NCBI GenBank assembly: GCA_028821815.1
Contig: JAPKEY010000001.1
Coordinates: 1-32,984 of the forward strand
Source: Candidatus Poseidoniales archaeon
GTDB taxonomy: Archaea > Thermoplasmatota > Poseidoniia > Poseidoniales > Thalassarchaeaceae
DNA: 32,984 nucleotides
Reading direction: 5' to 3'
Both the position numbers and the translations under genes were made by a program. Position 1 is the first letter of the stretch, and every line of letters begins with the position of its first letter. Shown here in pieces: positions 7,201 to 13,578 of this stretch. The notes below the pieces were generated by a model. It was not told where the DNA came from. It worked only from the letters and a program-made list of their open reading frames with translations, and did no database searches.

Positions 7201-8973
7201 AAGTTCCATACTGGTTTGACTTGGTGTGACTGAGCTATTCCATCGGAAAATCTCGTTTGGTCCATTTGACGGACTCGAAGATATGAAACTGTTCGGTCCA
7301 GAAGATAGTTGAATGTCTACGGATGTCGATATCCCAGAAATAAGATTGTGGCGTAATTCCATTTCTATGTCGACGAAGCGAGAAATGGGCCCGGTCAGCA
7401 ATTCGGATGGATCTACTGGAAATTCAGTTTGTTCAGCAAATAATTCCACCATGATTGTAGATTGGACCTCGAGTGTTGTATGTTGGACGTTGGGTCCACC
7501 ACCTAGTGGTGTCACCGAGGTCCAAAGGGTCAATTGATTGCCTTCTGCGAGTTTGGACGTGGGATCAAATGGTAGTGAAAGTGCTGGTGGTTGAACTATT
7601 GCATTGACGATAATTTCCTCACCGACGGTCATGTAAGGAGTAGTGGTTGGGTATGTCTCAACCGTCCACCCGGGCGCGGTTTGTGAAAAGCCAACGGCAA
7701 GGTTGAAAATTGCAGGGGATGTGCCGTTATTGCGTAAAGTATACTGGATTATTTCTTCTGTCCCAGGGATGATAGGTACAAACCAATTACTGTGATTCAA
7801 CTCACCCAATAACAAGTCGCCAGCCATTACTGCAGCTGAATCTGAAAGATTATATTCGCCCCCTTCACTTTCAATTTCGACCGTGATTAGATCGGATAGA
7901 GAACGATTCGTGCCCAGCGGAACTGTCACTGTGACAACAATGGTTGTTGAGGCTGATGCATTGACGATTTCGGTTTGGCCTGGATTGTTGGAAGTATCAG
8001 CCCAACCTTGGACGGAGGATACTGTGAAATTGTATCGATCGGGTGCTTCTCCAATGTTTTGAACCATGAATGACAGGGTCGTTGAAGACCCCGGGTCGAC
8101 TGCTCGATCGCTCGGTGCGATCAAGGTGGTTCGATAGGGGCTGAATGTGACTGTGCGCGGAGTAATGCTGACGGTAACTGATAAGAGTGGGGTTGTTGAA
8201 TTAAAGTATACTTCACCAGATAATGTGTAATCACCCGACAACCCCGCTGCATTGATGACAAGTGAGGCGAGTTCTACTGAGGGTGGGAATGCAATGCTGC
8301 CAGCCAAAAGTGAGGTTGGCATTCCTGTGAATGTGACGGGTGTTCCGCCCAAAATAGGTGTGAGTGTGATGGCTGGAGTCGCCTCTGTATCGATGTTTCC
8401 AGCATTTCGGACGCCAACTGAAACGACTTCGTTTTCTTGGGCTAGGCGCGCGCCGTCTGCAGGCAAGGTGTCCGAGTAGGTTTCACCTGCGTTTACCTCA
8501 TTCACATCAAAATTCTGAATGAGTTGGTTGTTGGATATATCAATGTCTGAAAGCATTGCTGCGTATGCATTGATTTCTTGTCCAATGCCCAGTGTTGCTG
8601 TCCAAGTGAATACATATTGAGACGCCGCTCCAGGTGAAAGTGAGACTGACTGGCTGCCGATTGAAACCGAACCCATTCCATCGTTGCTATCAATGAACAC
8701 AGACACGGCACCCACCCCAGGGAGTAAGCCGTCGTTCGCAACAGTGATTCGTGCCTCTTGAGATCCTGGGGTGAGAACGTCTGTTACGCATAGATTGCAA
8801 TAATATGAGGCGCCGATCCATTCAATCTGAGTTATGTTGATATCGGGATTTGCGTCTCTTGCAACTGTGAATTCAACATCCATTACTGAATGATTATTCA
8901 ATGGGGTGGAGGCGAATGGGGCGAAACAATGTAGCACCAGTATCGCAAAAACGAGAATAGTTTTGTTACGCAT
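4270..8973 (-). CDS. Giant cell-surface protein: signal peptide, about ten or more CARDB/NEW3-like beta-sandwich repeats, polytopic (~5 TM) C-terminal membrane domain
   Basis: 1567 aa. N-terminal signal peptide MRNKTILVFAILVLHCFAPFAS. A GGAGGG sits 8 nt upstream of the ATG. Recurrent motifs: VRNAGNIDT, VQNIGEAPDRYNFTV, LRNNGTSPAIFNLAV, ISNTGNHQTNFTLSADGPEGW, ANNTGNSLQTFTI, VTNVGNLEEFVNFTTLPPTGW, ISNDGNQDVILDL, ITNTGNAGTALGI. The last ~217 aa (nt 4273-4923) contain about five hydrophobic helices separated by R/K-rich loops. Confidence 0.9.
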   Translation of the reverse strand: MRNKTILVFAILVLHCFAPFASTPLNNHSVMDVEFTVARDANPDINITQIEWIGASYYCNLCVTDVLTPGSQEARITVANDGLLPGVGAVSVFIDSNDGMGSVSIGSQSVSLSPGAASQYVFTWTATLGIGQEINAYAAMLSDIDISNNQLIQNFDVNEVNAGETYSDTLPADGARLAQENEVVSVGVRNAGNIDTEATPAITLTPILGGTPVTFTGMPTSLLAGSIAFPPSVELASLVINAAGLSGDYTLSGEVYFNSTTPLLSVTVSITPRTVTFSPYRTTLIAPSDRAVDPGSSTTLSFMVQNIGEAPDRYNFTVSSVQGWADTSNNPGQTEIVNASASTTIVVTVTVPLGTNRSLSDLITVEIESEGGEYNLSDSAAVMAGDLLLGELNHSNWFVPIIPGTEEIIQYTLRNNGTSPAIFNLAVGFSQTAPGWTVETYPTTTPYMTVGEEIIVNAIVQPPALSLPFDPTSKLAEGNQLTLWTSVTPLGGGPNVQHTTLEVQSTIMVELFAEQTEFPVDPSELLTGPISRFVDIEMELRHNLISGISTSVDIQLSSGPNSFISSSPSNGPNEIFRWNSSVTPSQTSMELGETKSLVASILGPSDLLPLAGTLSIDVIANLTLSGALSGIQAPESNISITLEIPELTLTDVEIPPPTIVTPEILSTIPLTISNTGNHQTNFTLSADGPEGWITTISPTAISNLHSIIDAWPSVGGDNVTTSLSVTAPPNTRADTPFEVNVTVMSDSGEILTVASIPFLVEEVIGASLTPEYAVAVIPVNGNSSIALEANNTGNSLQTFTISIEESLDDINLTLISATDIDIQPGEVSIVQIEVTAEQFARADENHSAQVVLYHNGIELNRIDVYVKMIANHQIEFEHTSEYSVVPGMSLSIPVNVTNVGNLEEFVNFTTLPPTGWQSSVTPLNMTIDGEGIEVLPLIIDVTVPPMSNGANLDPGSIHNLMLMATNVSDSIQVGLSSIQFNVEPIFVLSSDDFPDVVDLLPGELRTFEIEISNDGNQDVILDLDCEVDTPTRWDLSDCDATNITLSSGDKRAVSFSVEGIASDHYNLEQSGLRLTFSPQDNHSGDALLATVLRISRMHSDDSIELLGGEQTQDIDLDWMHVPAVGQTADLRAIAYELELENASRYINETLYSGDVNWSFEIDYGGGFTSLSNSPFTLLPATPMQLQSITIRAILPPATSIPPGDGWTLIFNLTHPEEFTSTQVIFDFQVDAWADPSVVAIKIEEGSEFIESKSGTLVAEITNTGNAGTALGIVATLDCEPGITIQDEATQAIISMQPFETRELEWQIKSDALNWWVSAETVPCTVTIESPEMAGDDESNDVKAVSFDVQSWSLPLLLLIPITLVLVTQSSRLLRRASEDERALMLCAYSGTALLGLATQYNLGAYVNFSLAATALLWVVFITSRSSAFEIPAILSDRQNMQRGSDSIFEDHEVEMDRVLKQLAMKLAFAPLGFIIVAIVMPNDISWSLANISSILLYATIGILLVVYMTLRTRNIWLLIFNQLAAMEIESQELLIQLGNPSADLRRITIGQRWGEAHDVSVEVDSNV

Positions 8974-9008
8974 TTGGGTCCCTCCGAATTGGATTCAAAT
9001 CAGTGATT

Positions 9009-9025
9009 CTACACCTACGGTGTAG
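9009..9025 (-). terminator. 7-bp stem / TAC-triloop hairpin between the 1050-aa and 1567-aa genes
   Basis: The plus strand reads CTACACC-TAC-GGTGTAG. It lies in the 96-nt gap, 45 nt after the upstream stop and 36 nt before the next ATG. No oligo-T tract follows, so it may be a processing or attenuation site rather than a terminator. Confidence 0.4.
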
Positions 9026-9069
9026 TGGTCGGACTATGAACGTCTGCATTGAAGTGATATTTGCCAAAA

Positions 9070-12000
9070 TCACGCCACCTCCACCAATGTGATGAATTGC
9101 AATTTGTTTGCAGTTGACATCTGGGCCGAGAATTCAGATCTATCTCCTTTGTTTAAGATTTGAATGCGACATTCGTAAAGATTTGTTCTCTTGATCAATT
9201 CATGTTCTTTGTAGAAATGCACGTACACGTAATACGTTCCTTTTGGTGTTTTTTTCTCTGGCCAATATGCATTCTCGACGGGTACTCGTGTGTTGCCTTT
9301 TTGATTCATTTCAACATCGAGTATTCCGCCATCTTGTGATTTTCGGTTGCGAGGATGGATGATTTCACCACTCGGAGAAACGACGAGCAAATTGAAATCG
9401 TTCTTGTTGTCCCACATCAAGGATACTTGGAGATCTCCGGAATTTGCTTCTGCTTGTTGGAGGCGCTCTTCGAAGTCTTCCTTGAGCCATTCGTCGTCAC
9501 CCAGTGGTTGGAGACCACCTCGTTTGTATGCCTCGTTGAGAGCTGTATGCAATCGAACCTGTTTATCCATCTCAATTTCAGAACTATTCGCAGTATTTTG
9601 CATGACCTTACGGCGAGCGATTCGAAGTTGCTGGAGTGTTTTTAATTGACGATCGTCGGTGTCTTCGAATACAATAGATGCGAGTGTTGTCAAATCTTCT
9701 GCTTCATTAATCATGGAACGATATTTCTCAAACAGTTCTTGATATTCTATTTGCTCTTGTTTCTTTATCCCGGCCTCGATTAATTTACGTCGTTTGAGAA
9801 GGGCTTTCTCAATATATTTCACAACGTCGCTTGATATGTGTGAATAGCGAATTGCTGCCAATTCATCAAGATCTCTTGACGCTTCAATTTCAGCCACGAT
9901 TTTGTTATACTGCTCCTCTTGTTCTGCAATGTATTGCTTTCGTTTGACCTCTTCAAGTTCAGATTCTCGTTTCTCCATCAATCTCTTCAGCATCACCGTA
10001 TGAACGGTTGAAACCTTGTCATTAATTGTGGGTAATTCTTCAACCGTTTGAGCGGACACCACGTCTGCTCTTTGTAGGCGATAGAGTTCAGATTCAGATT
10101 CCAGCCGTTTGTTCATTGTTTCTGCATCTGGAACTTCAATCGATGCGATGAGTTTGAGTTTGTCTCCAAAACTAGTCTTACCTGAATGCTGAAAATAATC
10201 TGCACCAACTCGGCTGCGTAAGGTGTAGATGGTTGGATCTGATTTTCGCAATCTTTGGTGGCGTTTTCGGTGCCAAACAAACACGTTGTAAATACCAGGT
10301 GTGGGTGTGGTGCTCTGAGGCCAAACAATATTCTCTAAGGCGGATTTCATTTCGGGTTGAGAATTCATTTCGAGGTCGAGATGGCCGCCACAAGATGATT
10401 TGCGCTTGCCCCTATGGATTATTTCTCCGTTGGAGGTGCGTACAATCAAATCCAAATCATTCATGTTGTCCCACAATAAACTGAACCGAAGATGGCCGTC
10501 GCCTGCGTCCAGTGTCTTGATGCGGGTTCTGAATGCGGCTTCTGGTTCAAAATCAAATTCATCGGGTATTGGCGGTTTCTTAGATTTCTTTTCCGCTTTT
10601 TCCACGTATGTGGTAATCATTTCATCTTCAACAAGAATTTCTCTAACTTCTTCTTTGATTTCGATTAAGCGTGCTTCCTGTTCCTCGTTGATTTCTTCAA
10701 TCTCGATTTTGTCAATCTCGGCAGAAGATTTCGCAGTTTCAAGACGACCCCGTAGGAGTTGATACTGCTTGGCTTGCGCTTCTTCGACTCTTTGTCTTTC
10801 AATTTCTTCAAGATAATCTAACCGGGTAAGACGTAACTCTTCCAATTCTTGTTGCTGAGTTTCTGTGATGTTGATAAAGTCTACAGCAAGGAGTTCCTCG
10901 GTTTCTTCAATTCTGGGAATTGAATCCAAATATCGTGTATATTGTTCGGTAAATTTTCGTTGGCGGGCCAGTTCCACCAATTCCCCTCGTCTTGTTATTT
11001 TGATTTCTGTTAGCAATTCAAATTGTTCATCCGTCACACCCTGAATCCTGATGGCGTCCAGTTCAAGCACATATTCACAATCAAGAATCTTAGAATTTAG
11101 TTCATCACATACCAAGTTCTCCCTGGTGCGGGCGGAGAGTTGCTTCAATTCTTCTTGTTGGGTTGGGTTCACACCTGTAATGCGAATCCTATCAAGAGCT
11201 GATGATGATTTTGCTGATTCTATTCCCAATCGTATCTCTTCAGCGCGGGCGTCTTCCCTCTCACTCTGATCTTTCGCATCTAACGCAAGTATGCGCTTGT
11301 TCCGCCGTTCGTCTAATTCGGCAAGTAAATCGGCCGGTAAATCTTCGAATTCCATGTTATGCAATTCTTCTTGATCTTCGCAATCATGAATCAAATCTGA
11401 AAAATGGCGATAGAGTTCTGCTTCGAATTGAAGACGCTCTTTTTCACTCAATCGTGAAAGATAAAATTCGTAATGGGCTTTGAGGCGCGTTGAGCCTTCT
11501 TCATTCAATCCTGAGAAATCTAACGATTCGAGATAGTTGACTGTTTGTGCAGAGCGGATCTCCCGATACAATTCTTCTTCGCGTCTTAACTGTTCAAGTT
11601 GGGATGATAGTTCATCAGTTTCAGCATCAATGAGGGCTTTAGTTGCTTTTTCTTGGCTTTCATGTAACCCCAATTCCCTTTTTCGGATTTCTTGAATGGC
11701 GTCTTCAAATGTAAGTTGATACATTCGTTCATATAATTCCAGTAAAGCCGCCTGACGTAATTCCAATTCAACTAGTGTTGCGCCCTCAAGTGGGGTTTCA
11801 ACAAGGTCTTGGTTGACTTCGATATTGTATTCCTCACTCAACCCTTGGATTAATTCGATGATACCTTTGCATTCATCCCTTTTTTCAGTGGTACGATCAA
11901 GAATTGCGTGTCTTTCGATATTGGTCTCTTGTAAATCGGTGATTTCCTGTTTCATTGGCCCGCGTTTATCGGTTTGATGTTGGATTTGACGGGATGGGAA

Positions 12001-12222
12001 TGGGGCCATTTCTGGAGAATATTCAACTCGGGTACCGACTAGTGATTGTGACAATGATGCTCGCGACGGTGGAAGGATGTCTTCGACTTCGATATCCTCC
12101 ATTTTTAGTGCACCCAGTAGCGATTCGGGTTTCCTTCTTCCTTGACTCAAATTGGAGGCTGCTTGCCAAACCATAACCAAAACGATGGAGGTGACTATTG
12201 CATATCCGATCATAGTATTCAT
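9070..12222 (-). CDS. Giant N-terminally TM-anchored coiled-coil protein with two copies of an unassigned ~120-aa beta-rich domain
   Basis: 1050 aa. A single N-terminal TM (IGYAIVTSIVLVMVWQAA) is followed by RRK, so positive-inside predicts the bulk is cytoplasmic. Long E/K/R/Q-rich helical regions carry at least eight copies of a ~40-50-aa motif. The domain copies are at aa ~574-697 (nt 10132-10503) and aa ~928-1050 (nt 9073-9441). Confidence 0.9.
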   Translation of the reverse strand: MNTMIGYAIVTSIVLVMVWQAASNLSQGRRKPESLLGALKMEDIEVEDILPPSRASLSQSLVGTRVEYSPEMAPFPSRQIQHQTDKRGPMKQEITDLQETNIERHAILDRTTEKRDECKGIIELIQGLSEEYNIEVNQDLVETPLEGATLVELELRQAALLELYERMYQLTFEDAIQEIRKRELGLHESQEKATKALIDAETDELSSQLEQLRREEELYREIRSAQTVNYLESLDFSGLNEEGSTRLKAHYEFYLSRLSEKERLQFEAELYRHFSDLIHDCEDQEELHNMEFEDLPADLLAELDERRNKRILALDAKDQSEREDARAEEIRLGIESAKSSSALDRIRITGVNPTQQEELKQLSARTRENLVCDELNSKILDCEYVLELDAIRIQGVTDEQFELLTEIKITRRGELVELARQRKFTEQYTRYLDSIPRIEETEELLAVDFINITETQQQELEELRLTRLDYLEEIERQRVEEAQAKQYQLLRGRLETAKSSAEIDKIEIEEINEEQEARLIEIKEEVREILVEDEMITTYVEKAEKKSKKPPIPDEFDFEPEAAFRTRIKTLDAGDGHLRFSLLWDNMNDLDLIVRTSNGEIIHRGKRKSSCGGHLDLEMNSQPEMKSALENIVWPQSTTPTPGIYNVFVWHRKRHQRLRKSDPTIYTLRSRVGADYFQHSGKTSFGDKLKLIASIEVPDAETMNKRLESESELYRLQRADVVSAQTVEELPTINDKVSTVHTVMLKRLMEKRESELEEVKRKQYIAEQEEQYNKIVAEIEASRDLDELAAIRYSHISSDVVKYIEKALLKRRKLIEAGIKKQEQIEYQELFEKYRSMINEAEDLTTLASIVFEDTDDRQLKTLQQLRIARRKVMQNTANSSEIEMDKQVRLHTALNEAYKRGGLQPLGDDEWLKEDFEERLQQAEANSGDLQVSLMWDNKNDFNLLVVSPSGEIIHPRNRKSQDGGILDVEMNQKGNTRVPVENAYWPEKKTPKGTYYVYVHFYKEHELIKRTNLYECRIQILNKGDRSEFSAQMSTANKLQFITLVEVA

Positions 12223-12226
12223 CGAA

Positions 12227-12664
12227 TCACCCCTCTGGTTGTTCCTCTTCTTCGGCTCCTGATGAAATCGGTATTGATTGAATATGGATGGGGCGCCCTT
12301 GTTTGTTGTAGCGAGCGATTAATGAGGAAAGAAGTGCGTCATGGGAAGTTTCAGAAATTCCTAATTTTCTACGCTCATCCCAAAGAAGGATCTGTTCGGT
12401 GCGTGTTAGGATTCCGTCGTCAAGGTATACTTCGATGAGGCGGCGATATGTGTCGCGATCTGAAATTGCGTAAACGAGTTGAGTGTTATCGATTGATAGG
12501 GCCCGAAGTTGGATTTGGTTACCGAGTATAATCGCTTCATTGTGGGTGATTTTGCGATTGTCATATCCAACCTGTACTTCGTTTGCAATCGTTTGGAGGA
12601 ATTCAATTGTTTTACCGCGATTAATGCGCCGTTGAAATTTGCGAGATTTTCTAGAAAGGCGCAT
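12227..12664 (-). CDS. Small basic/helical protein, possibly TerB/DjlA-N-like
   Basis: 145 aa. Basic N-terminus (RLSRKSRKFQRRINRGK). Two helix-hairpin motifs, NRKITHNEAIILGNQIQLRALSI and DDGILTRTEQILLWDERRKLGIS, resemble the D-G-x-h-x-x-x-E ... L-G-h-S signature of TerB-like domains. Acidic tail EEEEQPEG. There are 12 nt after the upstream stop and 4 nt before the next ATG. The homology call is by eye only. Confidence 0.75.
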   Translation of the reverse strand: MRLSRKSRKFQRRINRGKTIEFLQTIANEVQVGYDNRKITHNEAIILGNQIQLRALSIDNTQLVYAISDRDTYRRLIEVYLDDGILTRTEQILLWDERRKLGISETSHDALLSSLIARYNKQGRPIHIQSIPISSGAEEEEQPEG

Positions 12665-12676
12665 CTAATTCCCCCC

Positions 12677-13519
12677 CTACTCAACTGTGAATACACACAC
12701 CAAACGTGGCGGTTCTTCATTTGTGATTTCGCCCCGATACTCTTTGGGGCCGTTGCCGTCATCTACCAGAACCCTGTAAGGCGTTAGGTCTTCTTTGGCG
12801 TGGTGCTCAAAATGTTCTATTATGACCTTGTATTCCCCTTTTGGAGCAACTCCTGCAGCCCAGAAAATGTTCTCAACGGGTTGTTCGCTTGTGGGGGATT
12901 CATTCATGTCGATATCTAGTTGCCCGCCGCATGATGACAATTTATTATCAAATGATATTCGTTCGCCGGATGGGCAAACCACACTGAGATCAAGATCGTT
13001 TTTATTGTCCCAAATGAGGCTGACTTGGACTTGCCCAGATTTGGCTCCTTCTCTTGCGAGCCGGTCATGGAAATCTGAAAGGTCGGGATTCGACACTTCC
13101 TCCCCCGTTTCGACGTTGAGTTTGTCTGAATCGGGTTCTTTCCGAGGATTTGTATCCCATTCGGCGCCAATTTCAGCAAGAAGCGATTCGGAAGTATCGA
13201 GCAAATCTTCAGGGTTTGGCAAGTCCTCACCTTCATCGATTTCAGCTTCGATTGGGATTTCTGTGTTCTCAGTTTCAGGTGCTTCATCGGGTTGGACGGT
13301 TGCAGAGGGGGTGATGACTGGTGGTTTTGACAATCGGGCCATGTCTTCTTCCAAGGCAAATTGGTTGGGTCGGGGTTCAGAAACTTCGATCGGGGTAGCC
13401 CTAACGTTGCCCAGCCGAGTTGTGTGAGCCGGGTTCTCTTCGCCGGTGAGAATTCTGGAAATGCCGAATACGAACATGGCGAACAGGATAAAAAAAAGAA
13501 CATATGCTGCCCAAGGCAT
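12677..13519 (-). CDS. N-terminally TM-anchored protein with an acidic linker and one copy of the unassigned ~120-aa domain
   Basis: 280 aa. TM helix AAYVLFFILFAMFVFGI, then an acidic low-complexity linker (PDEAPETENTEIPIEAEIDEGEDLPNPEDLLD). The C-terminal domain (aa 161-280, nt 12680-13039) is clearly homologous to the two domains in the 1050-aa protein. Confidence 0.85.
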   Translation of the reverse strand: MPWAAYVLFFILFAMFVFGISRILTGEENPAHTTRLGNVRATPIEVSEPRPNQFALEEDMARLSKPPVITPSATVQPDEAPETENTEIPIEAEIDEGEDLPNPEDLLDTSESLLAEIGAEWDTNPRKEPDSDKLNVETGEEVSNPDLSDFHDRLAREGAKSGQVQVSLIWDNKNDLDLSVVCPSGERISFDNKLSSCGGQLDIDMNESPTSEQPVENIFWAAGVAPKGEYKVIIEHFEHHAKEDLTPYRVLVDDGNGPKEYRGEITNEEPPRLVCVFTVE

Positions 13520-13538
13520 ATCTCTACGAGATATGCCT
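13514..13538 (-). terminator. 11-bp stem / TAC-triloop hairpin that contains the start codon of the 280-aa gene
   Basis: The plus strand reads AGGCATATCTC-TAC-GAGATATGCCT. In the minus-strand RNA the 3-prime arm GAGATATGCCT contains the ATG (13519-13517). A T8 run follows about 20 nt downstream on the transcribed strand (plus-strand AAAAAAAA around 13490-13497). The hairpin begins about 40 nt after the stop of the RHH gene. Confidence 0.55.
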
Positions 13539-13578
13539 AAGTTTATGATTCATTGCAACCATGGTTGTCAGAGGCGAG

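Noticed and set aside
4412-8479. Many plus-strand ORFs of 60-150 aa inside the 1567-aa gene (for example 4676-5122, 5126-5488, 6020-6361, 6509-6943, 6953-7219, 8252-8479)
   Set aside because: These are shadow ORFs antisense to a gene with a signal peptide, an SD-like site and a consistent repeat architecture. Their products are S/R/G/V-rich low-complexity strings typical of antisense frames.
9347-12438. Plus-strand and alternate-frame ORFs inside the 1050-aa gene (for example 9347-9649, 10400-10762, 11202-11483, 12142-12438)
   Set aside because: These are antisense or off-frame products of an E/K/L-rich coiled-coil gene: S/F/L-rich, with no motifs and no independent start context.
12406-13503. 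Alternate-frame minus-strand ORFs 12406-12762 and 12916-13503, and plus-strand ORF 12795-13427
   Set aside because: They overlap the 145-aa and 280-aa genes. The 280-aa frame is validated by the domain shared with the 1050-aa protein, and the alternatives have no such support.
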